Shown piece after piece: positions 1 to 9,800 of a DNA stretch of 64,000 nt (position 1 is its first letter; each line of letters opens with the position of its first letter). The notes below the pieces were generated by a model. The model worked only from the letters and a program-made list of their open reading frames with translations. It made no database searches and was not told the DNA's origin. The translations under genes and the position numbers were made by a program. Source of the DNA: Bacillota bacterium (GTDB taxonomy: Bacteria > Bacillota > Clostridia > Christensenellales > Christensenellaceae); the NCBI GenBank assembly GCA_023393165.1, contig JAEWMJ010000057.1:94500-158499 (forward strand), given 5' to 3'.

Positions 1-391
1 AAAAAATCATTGACACCGCAAAAAGCGTATAACATTTCATCAGGATCTCGGTTTGATCCCCCGAATCATTCATGATGCCGAATACTGTACTCATGAGCAG
101 AGAAATCACGGTTCCAATTCCGGTCAGAATCAAAGCCAGGATGTATTTGCTTAAAACGACGTCCTTCCTGGTTACAGGCAGTGACAGCACGTATTTATCC
201 CATTTCGCGGCAGCGTCGCAGGAAAAGGAATTGATCACCATCGTGGAGCATAGCAAAACAATCATCAATTGGATTAAATCGGTCGTACCCCTTAGTGCAA
301 ATCCAAAGAACATAAAAAAAGCTATAATGAAGAAAACCGTGCGGCTGTTTTTGGACATTGTGATAAAATCTTTCAGCAACAAACCTTTCAT
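1..391 (-). CDS. ABC-2-type transporter permease, partial (C-terminal part lies beyond window start)
   Basis: The minus-strand frame stays open to the window edge, so it is absent from the ORF track. The ATG at 391-389 overlaps the TGA of the upstream ATPase gene (ATGA). The translation MKGLLLKDFITMSKNSRTVFFIIAFFMFFGFALRG...LALILTGIGTVISLLMSTVFGI is rich in TM helices. It is the third gene of a GntR-ATPase-permease arrangement. Confidence 0.6.
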   Translation of the reverse strand, partial: MKGLLLKDFITMSKNSRTVFFIIAFFMFFGFALRGTTDLIQLMIVLLCSTMVINSFSCDAAAKWDKYVLSLPVTRKDVVLSKYILALILTGIGTVISLLMSTVFGIMNDSGDQTEILMKCYTLFAVSMIF

Positions 392-1248
392 TTCTGATCC
401 CCTTTCGCGTAAAACAGCATGATATCCTCAATGTTTATATGGTCGATCGCAAACCCGCGATACTTTCTTTCCATTTCCTTTTTGTCCCGGACCAGCGCCT
501 CGCATCCGAACCGGCTTTTCCGGTATCCCAGCACATCTTCAGCGGACAACCGGGCAAAATCGTCTTTTGCGCATTTCAGTATTCCATAATCGTTCAGCAG
601 GATATCTTTTGATTCGCTGAGTACGATTTCTCCCCCATGGATGTAGGTGACATAGTCCGCAAACTTTTCCATGTCGCTGGTGATATGGGAAGAGATCAGT
701 ATGCTGTTTTTATCGTCCTGGATATATTCGAGGAAAATATCAGTAAGCTCGCTCCGCGCAACCGGATCCAGACCGCTTGTCGGTTCGTCCAGTATCAAAA
801 GCCGGGGATGGTGGGACAGCGCCGCCGCTATCGAAAGCTTCGTTTTCATTCCTTTTGAATACTCCTTGATCAAAATTCCTTCGGGCAGGTTAAACTTTTT
901 TAAGTACTGTTTAAAAAGCGCGCGGTCCCATTTTTTATACAGCAGTTTCATGATCCTAGTAACATCGCCGGCTTTCAGCTGGTCGTGGAAATAACTGTCT
1001 TCCATCACCACGCCGATCTCGTTTTTAAAATTTTCGCCGTCCGTATCCGCATCTTTGCCCAGTATGCTGATCCTGCCTCCGTCTTTTTTGATCATATTCA
1101 GTATCAGTTTGATCGTAGTGGTTTTTCCCGCGCCGTTCTCGCCTATCAGGCCCATGATGCTTCCGCAGGGCAGCGAAAAGCCTGCCTTTTTCAGGCTGAA
1201 ATGATCATAGTTTTTCGTGAGGTCCCGGACCTTCAGCGCATATTCCAA
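388..1248 (-). CDS. ABC transporter ATP-binding protein
   Basis: Walker A GENGAGKTT, signature-like SKGMKTKLSIAAAL, Walker B LLILDEPTSGLD, H-loop ISSH. 3-nt gap to the upstream GntR gene. Confidence 0.9.
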   Translation of the reverse strand: MEYALKVRDLTKNYDHFSLKKAGFSLPCGSIMGLIGENGAGKTTTIKLILNMIKKDGGRISILGKDADTDGENFKNEIGVVMEDSYFHDQLKAGDVTRIMKLLYKKWDRALFKQYLKKFNLPEGILIKEYSKGMKTKLSIAAALSHHPRLLILDEPTSGLDPVARSELTDIFLEYIQDDKNSILISSHITSDMEKFADYVTYIHGGEIVLSESKDILLNDYGILKCAKDDFARLSAEDVLGYRKSRFGCEALVRDKKEMERKYRGFAIDHINIEDIMLFYAKGDQK

Positions 1249-1251
1249 TTC

Positions 1252-1653
1252 TTATTCCTCCTTGTATAAAACCTGAAGAATCTCCGTCAATTCTTCAAGG
1301 CTGATCCCGCTGCTTCTCGCAACGTTTACAGCATTCTGCAGGTATTCTTCCGCCTGCCTGAGCTGCGCCTCGCGTATCAGCGAAACATTCCTTACTGCGA
1401 CAAAACTCCCTTTCCCCGTTACGGTTTCAATAAAGCCGTCCCTCTCCAGATCTTCATAGGCGCGTTTGGTGGTAATCACGCTGATTCTGAGCTCCTTTGC
1501 AAGGAGCCTCATGGACGGCAGCGGGTCTCCTTCGGACAATGCGCCGCTTATAATCATATTTTTGATCTGCAATGTGATCTGTTCATAAATGGGCTTATCG
1601 CTCGCATTCCGGATAATAATATCCACCTGGTCCCCCCTGTTTGCCGCACTCAA
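1252..1653 (-). CDS. GntR-family transcriptional regulator (short YtrA-like subtype)
   Basis: Winged-helix segment PLPSMRLLAKELRISVITTKRAYEDLERDGFIETVTGKGSFV. Only 133 aa with a short C-terminal helix region, and it is the first gene of an ABC operon, as in YtrA-type systems. Confidence 0.85.
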   Translation of the reverse strand: MSAANRGDQVDIIIRNASDKPIYEQITLQIKNMIISGALSEGDPLPSMRLLAKELRISVITTKRAYEDLERDGFIETVTGKGSFVAVRNVSLIREAQLRQAEEYLQNAVNVARSSGISLEELTEILQVLYKEE

Positions 1654-1680
1654 AAGCTTTCAGCTTTTTAAAGCGTTAAA

Positions 1681-1709
1681 ATATTGTATATATACTATAT
1701 ATACAATAT
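1681..1709. promoter_or_regulatory. Perfect 29-bp palindrome (14+1+14), candidate YtrA/GntR operator
   Basis: atattgtatatata-c-tatatatacaatat is perfectly symmetric about C1695. It lies 28 nt upstream of the GntR start and overlaps the predicted -10. Confidence 0.5.
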
Positions 1710-1733
1710 ACTATGTTGATTTATGCCTGTCAA
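1705..1733 (-). promoter_or_regulatory. Sigma-A-type promoter of the GntR-ABC operon
   Basis: Minus strand reads TTGACA (1733-1728), a 17-nt spacer, then TATATT (1710-1705). Confidence 0.45.
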
Positions 1734-1758
1734 CTGTCTTTTATACCTTGGCTGAAAT

Positions 1759-1800
1759 AAAAAAAAGGCCCTCCCAAACAAACCGGCGTTCAGGAAGGCC
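1759..1800 (-). terminator. Rho-independent terminator ending the zinc-ribbon operon
   Basis: Minus-strand stem ggccttcc / gggagggcc (8 bp including one G-U) followed by an 8-nt T run. It lies 19 nt downstream of the stop at 1819. Confidence 0.5.
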
Positions 1801-1818
1801 AAAAGCATTTCAAATATT

Positions 1819-2295
1819 TTAAAATTTATATCCGCATTCACCGCAGAATTTTGTTTCAGGAGGGTTGCTGCCTCCGCAATCCGGGCAGACCAGGTTTGAC
1901 GGCAATCCAAGCCTGCACCCGCATTCGTTGCAGAACTTGACGCCGGGTTCAAACACGGCTCCGCACTGCGGACAGGTGGATGCCTTGCGCGCGTCTTCTT
2001 CCTGCTTTTCCTTCTGCGTTTTTTCGTCCTGCGCAGCTTTAAGTTCGTCTTCCACCCGGCACATCCTGGCCTGAACGCCGCCCAGCTCGTTTACTATGGC
2101 GGCGTATTCCGGATAATTGCAGATAGAACCGTATAATTTTTGCCCTATGCTGGCGTACAGGCCCGTTTCTTTTTCCTGCAGTTCATTCAGTTCGTTCTGC
2201 AGGGTAAATATCTTTGTGTTGGGGTCGTCCTGAGGCATAAATGCGCCCAGGCCTTTCATCAGTCCTCCAAGGCCTCCCAAAAAATCATTTGCCAT
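1819..2295 (-). CDS. Coiled-coil protein with Gly-rich amphipathic N-terminus and C-terminal double zinc ribbon
   Basis: N-terminus MANDFLGGLGGLMKGLGAFM, a central Q/E/K-rich helix, and C-terminus CPQCG..x..CNECG and CPDCG..x..CGECG. Last gene of a tightly packed six-gene minus-strand operon. Confidence 0.7.
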   Translation of the reverse strand: MANDFLGGLGGLMKGLGAFMPQDDPNTKIFTLQNELNELQEKETGLYASIGQKLYGSICNYPEYAAIVNELGGVQARMCRVEDELKAAQDEKTQKEKQEEDARKASTCPQCGAVFEPGVKFCNECGCRLGLPSNLVCPDCGGSNPPETKFCGECGYKF

Positions 2296-2329
2296 ACTTA
2301 TCTCCTCTCATGGTATCCTTATTTGGAAT

Positions 2330-2998
2330 TCAGTCCAGCCTGAAGCCGCATTCCCCGCAGAACTTCACCGTTTGGGGAACCTGCGCGCCGCATTGCGGAC
2401 ATTTTCTGAGCGAAAGGCTGGCTCCGCAATTGTTGCAGAACTTTCCTTCTCCCGACGGTTTCCCGCACACCGGGCAAACGGTGGTCTTCTTTTCTATACT
2501 GCCTGTAAAAACCGTGGTTTGTTCCGCCTTTTGCTGAATATCCCTGATCATTTTTTCGGATCTGGCTTTGGCAACCGCAACATTCTGCAGAGGCGCGCAT
2601 TCGACGCACAGGCCTTCTTCGTCATTGTAATCCGCGTCGCACACATACTGGTGGCAGCCGTGGCAGCGGTGGAAATGCTGCTTTGCCTCGTTCTGCGCTC
2701 TTTCAAATGCTTTTTCGTGCTCTTTCTGCCATTCCGGGCTCATTCCCTGAAACCGTTCGGATAAAATGTCCTCTCCCCGGCCGATCCCATAACCGATATC
2801 GCCGGCTACTCCGCCGAACATGCTGCCCAGCGCGGAAGCGCCCCTGCCCAATCCCCTGAGCAAAGAGCCTTTTTTATACGTTTGGGATTCAATAAAAGAC
2901 GATTTATAACCATCCTGGCAGATATCGCAGTAAAATGTAAACTGGAATCCCGCTTCCGTGCTGTTGTCCTCGTAATTCCGCGTAAATGATTTCAGCAT
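2330..2998 (-). CDS. Cys-rich domain protein (paralogue of 4750..5115) with C-terminal double zinc ribbon
   Basis: Start moved to the ATG at 2998, which follows AGGAGG by 9 nt; the ORF-track start at 3052 would overlap the upstream gene. Shares FT+N..DNST..GFQF.F.CD.C and HF.RC..C...VCD.D.N.E.G.C..C.P blocks with ORF 4750..5115. C-terminus CPVCG..CNNCG and CPQCG..CGECG. Confidence 0.7.
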   Translation of the reverse strand: MLKSFTRNYEDNSTEAGFQFTFYCDICQDGYKSSFIESQTYKKGSLLRGLGRGASALGSMFGGVAGDIGYGIGRGEDILSERFQGMSPEWQKEHEKAFERAQNEAKQHFHRCHGCHQYVCDADYNDEEGLCVECAPLQNVAVAKARSEKMIRDIQQKAEQTTVFTGSIEKKTTVCPVCGKPSGEGKFCNNCGASLSLRKCPQCGAQVPQTVKFCGECGFRLD

Positions 2999-3018
2999 AA
3001 CAATTTGCCTCCTGAATT

Positions 3019-3348
3019 TTATTTTTTTAATTTTTTCCCGCAGGCGGTACATCTTTCATTCTGGAAAAACTGTATGCTTCCGCACCTTTTATACGAACAT
3101 ACAATTGTCAAAGACGCGCCGCATTTTTCACATTTGCTTCCCACAAACGTTTTTTGCCCGCATTTTGGGCAGTCGATTGTAAGCGGCCTGCCGCAGCCGC
3201 CGCAGACAATATCACCGCGTTTTATCTCGCGCAGGCAGGTGGGACAACTTAAGATAAAAGGGGATGTGCTCCCGCATTTTGGGCAGAAACGTACATCCCT
3301 GTCTATTAATTCCCCGCATTGCATGCACGGCTGTTTATAAAATGCCAT
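3019..3348 (-). CDS. Protein made of four tandem zinc ribbons (109 aa)
   Basis: Eight CxxC-type pairs: CMQCG/CPKCG, CPTC/CGGCG, CPKCG/CEKCG, CSYKRCG/CTACG. Confidence 0.7.
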   Translation of the reverse strand: MAFYKQPCMQCGELIDRDVRFCPKCGSTSPFILSCPTCLREIKRGDIVCGGCGRPLTIDCPKCGQKTFVGSKCEKCGASLTIVCSYKRCGSIQFFQNERCTACGKKLKK

Positions 3349-3368
3349 CGCAATGTCTCCTGCTTTAC

Positions 3369-4217
3369 TTAGTTATACTCGGTTCCTTCAACATAAGCGC
3401 TTAATTTCCCGTCTTTCAGGGTGTACCAGTCCTCCGAATCCGTGGCAAATCCGGCTCCAACGCCGTCGCCTTTCCCGAATATGGAAGCGGGCTCTGAAGA
3501 TCCGCTGCGGACAACGCCGATTGAACCCGCTGTGCCGTCCATATTGGTTACAACCTTTACGGTTTCGTACGTGCCGTCATCGTTTTGTATATAAACCTGG
3601 CCGGCATATCCGTCCTTGATCTTCGTATATTCCGAAAGCAGATAGAATTCACCGTTCTGCGTCAATGCAGAGCTCATCGATTGTAATCCCGCGTCATACT
3701 TTGATTCTATCTTTACGGTGCCGCCGTCCGCATCGGCGTACTCAACCGTATAGGTGTTTCCGTTATTCGAAATTTTAACGCCTTCCATTCCAAGCATTGC
3801 AAGCGCCGCGGCCGATCCGCTGCTGTCTTCCATGCCGCAAACCGTCAGAGGGATCAGCATGAGGTCGGCAAGAGATATTCCCAATATATCCATATTTGCG
3901 GTCATGGACATCTCCGCCAGTCCGGCGTCTTCGCCGAGCGCAGTGGACATGTTTGTAACCAGGTTGGATTTTGCTTCCGTATACTTTCCGTAGGATTCAT
4001 ACAGCGGCAGGCTTCCGCCCCCCGAAGTATCCGATACGGCGCTGTCCGCCGCTTCAGACGCTGTGCCGTCATCTTCCGGAATTTCCAAACTATCCCCATC
4101 TACCTGCATAGCGGATTTTACCGCGCTTTCCATTGCCTTGGGCAAGCCGCCCATACAGCCGGTGGCCGCAACAAGCAGCAACGAAAGGATAAGCGCGATG
4201 CATAGAATTTTTTTCAT
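3369..4217 (-). CDS. Lipoprotein of unknown function
   Basis: Signal peptide MKKILCIALILSLLLVAATGC with lipobox A-T-G-C, followed by a D/E/S-rich linker and a beta-rich body. Confidence 0.75.
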   Translation of the reverse strand: MKKILCIALILSLLLVAATGCMGGLPKAMESAVKSAMQVDGDSLEIPEDDGTASEAADSAVSDTSGGGSLPLYESYGKYTEAKSNLVTNMSTALGEDAGLAEMSMTANMDILGISLADLMLIPLTVCGMEDSSGSAAALAMLGMEGVKISNNGNTYTVEYADADGGTVKIESKYDAGLQSMSSALTQNGEFYLLSEYTKIKDGYAGQVYIQNDDGTYETVKVVTNMDGTAGSIGVVRSGSSEPASIFGKGDGVGAGFATDSEDWYTLKDGKLSAYVEGTEYN

Positions 4218-4247
4218 AAATTTACCTCCAAGCCATTATATAACTGT

Positions 4248-4727
4248 TTATTTATTGAGTTTGCCCGAGAATTTAGCGGCTAATTTACCGAAAACAGGCA
4301 TGGCATACTCTTCATATTTATAGGCCTTTACCATGGCAATGATTCCAAAAATCAGGAAAATAAGGCCGATAATGCCCATAATGATACTGGCGGCGGCTAC
4401 TCCCGCCCATGCGCCGAAATAGCTGTTCAGATCATAAGGATTCGATGCAATGGCTGCTGCCGTTGCGGCGCCTGCAATGCCGGCGATAATGTTGACAATG
4501 ACATCGATGATTGCGAAAATTAAGAAAAGCGCAAAAGCCTGAAGGGCGTGGAATTTTACGAGATTGCTGTTCTTTTCCAAATAGAAGAATATCAGCGGGA
4601 GCAACCATGAGACATATTGCACAAACGGTATAAAACTGAGAATGACGGCCGAGACATATGTCAACAACGCCATTACGTTTGCATCCATATTGCCTATTGA
4701 CGACTTGTGTGGTTCATAAATTTTCAT
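4248..4727 (-). CDS. Small multi-pass membrane protein, DUF4870-like
   Basis: At least three hydrophobic helices. The NVMALLTYVSAVIL and KFHALQAFALFLIF segments resemble my recollection of the DUF4870 family. Confidence 0.7.
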   Translation of the reverse strand: MKIYEPHKSSIGNMDANVMALLTYVSAVILSFIPFVQYVSWLLPLIFFYLEKNSNLVKFHALQAFALFLIFAIIDVIVNIIAGIAGAATAAAIASNPYDLNSYFGAWAGVAAASIIMGIIGLIFLIFGIIAMVKAYKYEEYAMPVFGKLAAKFSGKLNK

Positions 4728-4749
4728 TTAATCTTCCTCCTAAAATTAT

Positions 4750-5115
4750 TTATTTATTCAATCCGGCTTTTGAGCCGGCTTGTGTATCCAGTCCTAACGG
4801 CGAGCAACAAGCGCACATGCCTGTTTCGGCATTGAAGTCTTCGTCGCAAACAACCATTCCGCAGAAAGCACAGCGGTTGAAATGGTTTTTCGCTTCTTCA
4901 TTGGCAAAAAAGAGCGCCTGCTGATACTCGGATTTCATTACCTCGGCATATTTTTTGCCGAACCTTTTATACCACGGCTTCCGGCTCCCCGACGATTGAA
5001 TAAACACCGTTTCGTACGGTTTGCCGCACAGATCGCAAAAGAATACGAATTGAAATCCGTCTTTCGTACTGTTGTCTATGAATTTTTTTGTAAAGGCCTT
5101 TGTCATACGCGCCAC
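4750..5115 (-). CDS. Cys-rich domain protein (stand-alone copy of the N-terminal domain of 2330..2998)
   Basis: FTKKFIDNSTKDGFQFVFFCDLCGKPY and NHFNRCAFCGMVVCDEDFNAETGMCACCSP align block-for-block with ORF 2330..2998. First gene of the operon. Confidence 0.65.
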   Translation of the reverse strand: MARMTKAFTKKFIDNSTKDGFQFVFFCDLCGKPYETVFIQSSGSRKPWYKRFGKKYAEVMKSEYQQALFFANEEAKNHFNRCAFCGMVVCDEDFNAETGMCACCSPLGLDTQAGSKAGLNK

Positions 5116-5285
5116 CCCACAAATAAAAGGCGTTCGGATAACCGTATCATATTGGAATTTGCATAAAAATGCGTCACCCCGCGCTAAACATCCGTAATTA
5201 TTTTGGGGTGAAAACTATTTTAGGCAGGAAAAACTGAAAAAATGATTAAAAAAAGGTTAAATAATAAACAAATCACCATATTTTA

Positions 5286-5314
5286 TTGAAGAAAAACGAC
5301 AAATATCTTATAAT
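5286..5314 (+). promoter_or_regulatory. Sigma-A-type promoter for the SBP-sensor gene pair
   Basis: TTGAAG (5286-5291), a 17-nt spacer, then TATAAT (5309-5314), 60 nt upstream of the ATG at 5375. Confidence 0.45.
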
Positions 5315-5374
5315 GGTAACAGTTATAATTTCACTGGATTAAGCTATATCTGCTGACTAGGGGGACAAAGCCTG

Positions 5375-6865
5375 ATGAAAAAAATTATTCATTTTTTATC
5401 CTTCCTCATTGTTTTGGTTTGCCTTTTTCCGTTTTTGTTTGGCTGCACTTCCGGTTTTGTATTCTCGCAGGATCAGCCCACCACCATTACCGTATGGCAT
5501 TTTTATACTTCGGGACTCAAAACGGCGTTCGAGGATATGATAAACGATTTCAACAATACGTACGGAAGTGAACACAATATCATTGTGGAGGCTGAAAACC
5601 AGGAGGACCTGGACACGCTGGCCGCAAGCATCATCGACTCCAGCAAAAAAAAGGTCGGGGCAGACAAACTCCCCAATATCATATTCGCATATACGGGTAC
5701 GGTCCTGGAACTTGACCGTCAGGACTTTGTCGCCAATCTGGACGACTATTTCACAAAGGACGAACTTTCCAGATACTATCCTTCTTTTCTGGAGGAAGGG
5801 AGAATCGGTGAAGAAAACAAACTGGAATGTTTCCCTGTAGCCAAATCCACCGAACTGCTTTTTATAAACAAAGCGGATTTCGACGAATTTGCAAAAAGCG
5901 CGAATGATTCCGGATTGTACGGAAAAGTATCTGCCGACGATTTTTCCACATTTGAAGGCATTGCAAATCTCTCGGATATATATTACAAATGGACGGATGC
6001 AAAAACACCTTCCGTCCAAAATGACGGAAAATCTTTTTTTGGAATGGACGCCACGCCGAATTTCATATCTGTCGGCCTGCGCCAGTTGGGAAACGTCCCG
6101 GTAACCGTATCCGGTGCAACGGGAACATTTTCTATGGATAAGGAAGCCGCTAGACGCCTCTGGGGTTTTTACTACAGCAATATTGTAACCGGAAGGTTTG
6201 CGGAAATCGGACGCTACCGGGCGGATGATATGAAAACGGGCGATCTGGTCGCCTATCTGGGTTCATCGGGAGGCGCAACCTATTTTCCCGAAGAAATAAT
6301 GCCCGGCAGTCCGGAGGCCCGGAAGACCGATCTGCTGGTATTGCCTTACCCTGTATTTCAGGGCGCGAAAGCAGTTTCCATTCAGCAGGGCGCCGGAATG
6401 TCCGTGATAAAAACGGATAAGCAGCATGAAGAAGCGTCGGCGCAGTTTATTAAATGGTTCACCGACCCTGCGCAGAATGTTAAATTCTCCTATATGTCCG
6501 GTTACCAGCCGGTCCAAAAAGCGGAATTTATCCGTGACGCGCAGGAAAAAGAAATTGCCGGGCTTAAAAACGCCACGGATACGGCGCTTCAAAATACGCT
6601 TGCGGCGCTTCAGACGGCGTCCCGCCAGTTTAACGATTACGAGCTGACGGTGGATAAGGAATTCACCGGCAGTTATGATGTGCGCAACATGTTCGGCATG
6701 ACCCTCTCCGAGGCCGCCAAAAACGCAAGAAGTTCTCTTTTGGTTGACCTTCAGGCAGGCAAGACGCTGGATGAGGCCCTGCCCGGCTACCTTGACTCAG
6801 CGAACTTTGAAAACTGGTACAATCAGATTCAAAAGGAATTCAGTAATCTGACGGCCGGCGAATAA
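5375..6865 (+). CDS. Extracellular solute-binding lipoprotein (ABC family-1 type sugar binder)
   Basis: Signal peptide with lipobox LFGC. Size of 496 aa and the sequence style (ITVWHFYT, KLPNIIFAY, FYYSN) are typical of family-1 SBPs. No cognate permease or ATPase genes are adjacent. Confidence 0.8.
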   Translation: MKKIIHFLSFLIVLVCLFPFLFGCTSGFVFSQDQPTTITVWHFYTSGLKTAFEDMINDFNNTYGSEHNIIVEAENQEDLDTLAASIIDSSKKKVGADKLPNIIFAYTGTVLELDRQDFVANLDDYFTKDELSRYYPSFLEEGRIGEENKLECFPVAKSTELLFINKADFDEFAKSANDSGLYGKVSADDFSTFEGIANLSDIYYKWTDAKTPSVQNDGKSFFGMDATPNFISVGLRQLGNVPVTVSGATGTFSMDKEAARRLWGFYYSNIVTGRFAEIGRYRADDMKTGDLVAYLGSSGGATYFPEEIMPGSPEARKTDLLVLPYPVFQGAKAVSIQQGAGMSVIKTDKQHEEASAQFIKWFTDPAQNVKFSYMSGYQPVQKAEFIRDAQEKEIAGLKNATDTALQNTLAALQTASRQFNDYELTVDKEFTGSYDVRNMFGMTLSEAAKNARSSLLVDLQAGKTLDEALPGYLDSANFENWYNQIQKEFSNLTAGE

Positions 6866-6869
6866 AACG

Positions 6870-9800
6870 ATGGAACTATTCGGCAGATTCAAACGGAACC
6901 CGGGGTCTCTTCGGAAAAAAATAATAGGACCGCAGATTATATTGCTCTTCATTCAGCTTGCCATTATTTTGTCCTGTATTTCGGGACTCGGACTGCTCCG
7001 AAACGCGCGGGACAATGAATTTGACAAGCTTGCCGCTTCCGTTCAAAGCCGCGCCCTTCAGGTGCAGAAATATTTCAATAACATTTCAATCAACGCCGGT
7101 TACGCATCCGACAAAATTCAGAACAGCATGCAGGATATTCTTTCAGAAAAGCGCCTTGAATCCGCAGATGAATTGCTGCAAAACCAGGGTCTTGTGGAAG
7201 CATTTGAGAAAGATTCCCTGCCCGCTCTGGTAAACGCTCTGGAATACTCTGAAACTTCCGGAGTTTTTATCGTACTCGATACAAACAACAACCCCGGCAC
7301 CAAGGCCGCGCTTTATCTGCGCGATACCCGGCCGGAAACCGTAAGCGCATCGGACTTGCTTTATGTGCGCGGACCTTATTCCATCGCAAGGGACCTGTCC
7401 ATCCCACTGGACAGCGATTGGAGCTTTGAGCAGAAATTTACCGGTTCGGAGAGCGATTATTATGTGAATCCCTGGAATGCAGCGCTGAATAAGAAAACCG
7501 ATATATCCGACCAATGCGGCTACTGGAGCGGCGCATATCAATTTTCAGAGACCGGACAGAGAATCATATCGTATACCCTTCCGCTTTTGGACCCAAACGG
7601 TAAACCTTTTGGCGTTTTCGGATTTGAAGTGAATGAAGATCTGCTGATAAAAAAACTGCCCTCGGACGAAATTCCATATCAAAACGGGTTTTACGCATTA
7701 TATAAAAGTGCTGATCCCGGCAGCCTGTCCGATAGTACGGTTTTCAGCGGAGCATACGCAAGCATTCTGAAGGGAGACCCGGTTTCCATCCGTCCGGCAG
7801 GTTACGGCACTCCCGCCCTCATACAACTTGCAGTGGACCGGGATCACCCGCCCATGCTAGGAATAAAAAACATACTGGAATTATACAGCCCGGGTTCCTG
7901 CTTTGCCGGCGATCAGTGGATACTGGCGGGTATCGTGCCGGAATCCCAGCTTTTATCGCTCTGGTACGGGATCATTCAGGTACTTGCGATCGCTTTTATT
8001 TTATCATTTGCCATCGGCCTGGCCGGTATATTCGGCTCAGGCTGGGCTTTTGCGCGTCCCATAGCCGCACTTGCCAAAAAGGTCCGGGCGGCCAATCCAA
8101 AAGAACCTATTGCACTCGGTAAAACAAACATCGTGGAAATTGACGATCTGACGGCGGCCCTGGAAAAAATGAGCAGCGACGTCGCGCAGGCGGCTTCCCG
8201 TATGTCCAAAATAATCGGTCTGGTGGGTTTGCCGCTTGGAGGGTATGAAGCGGATTTTCAGAACGGAATTGCTTATTTGACAGATTCCATGTTCGACCTT
8301 TTTGGGCTGCACAAGGAAAAATCCGGATCTAATACCCTGCCCCTGTCCGAATGGAAGGCCCTCCTGACGGGCATCTTAAACGACAAGGAAGAAGGGTTTG
8401 AGGACGTCTACCGCTATAATCCTTCGCCCAAGAATGTTCGCTGGCTGCGAATCAAAACGGCCGTCATTTCGCCGCAGATCGAACTCGGTATTGTTCTTGA
8501 CGTATCGGAAGAAGTCCTTCATCAGCGTCAAAATGAATTTGCAAGGGATTACGATTCGCTCACCGGCTTTATGAACCGGAAAGCGTTTTTAAACAAATGT
8601 ACCGAACTGATAGAGGCCGATCCGTCCGCCTCGGGTATTCTGCTTCTTGCCGATCTGTATTTCATCCGGAGCCTTCATGCGTCGGGCGAACTGGAAAACG
8701 AAACGCTTCTGCGTATCGCAGGACTTTTTGGAGAGTTCAGGCAATTCGGGGGCATATTGTCCCGTATTTCCGGCTATGAATTTGTGGTCTATATCCATGG
8801 CTGCGGCGATGCTCCGGGCATCATGGAATTTGCGCAGAAACAGTTCGGTTCCCCGCTTGCAATCAGGCGGATGGATGGGCAGATCCAGGAGTTTTTCTTT
8901 TCAATAGGCGCATGCCGTTATCCCGAGGACGCCAGAAATGTGGAAGACCTCATTTATTTCGCAGATTTTGCCCAAAACGAAGCCCAACGCCAGCCCCGGA
9001 AAGGTATCGTACCCTTCCAGATGGAAAACTATAACCAAAACAATATTATGGCGCAAAAAAACAACGCGTTTTATGAAATATTGTCTTTAAGGCAGCTTAA
9101 TATCAATTTAATTCCTATTATGGACGTCAATACGGGAAATATCATGGGTTACGACGCTCTTGTGGACTACCGCAACAGCTTTATAAAAAAAGCGGAGGAC
9201 ATGATTGCAATGGCGCGCATCCACAACCGCCTTTTTGAACTCGAGCGGCTTACGATGATCAGCATACTCGAGTATATCCGTGAAAACTATCATGAACTGA
9301 ACGGCGCAAAAGTTTTCTTTTCTTCCCTTACGAACGAGGTCATACCGCAGAGCGAAATTCAAAAGGTAGACAAAATTTACGGGGCCCTTTACTCCTCCAT
9401 CGTATTTAATCTGACCGATACCGAACACTGCGATAAACAGATATTCATAGATAAGAACAGAGAACTTAAAAAACGCGGTGTTGCAATTGCGATTGACCGG
9501 TACGGTACGGTCAATGCCAGCGAACTGCTGCTTCTAGATTTAAAACCGGGTTACCTGCGCATGGATCCTTCCATCATACAGGACGTGAACCTGGATCCCA
9601 ACAGGCATCAGCTTCTCCAGGCGCTCCTCTCCTACACCACCACCCGTGGGATCAGGACAATGGCCGTGGGCATAAGAACCAGGGAAGAACTCGAAACCGT
9701 TATCAAAATGGGCATCGATTATGTACAGGGCCCCTATCTTTGCGAACCCATGTCCGGGATCATTTTGCCGGAGAGTACCGCCGCACAGAATATCCGTATA

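Noticed and set aside
72-431. ORF-track entries 72..422 (+) and 195..431 (-)
   Set aside because: Neither looks protein-like. A third frame on the minus strand, open to the window edge, encodes a TM-rich ABC-2 permease whose ATG overlaps the upstream ATPase stop, which explains the region better.
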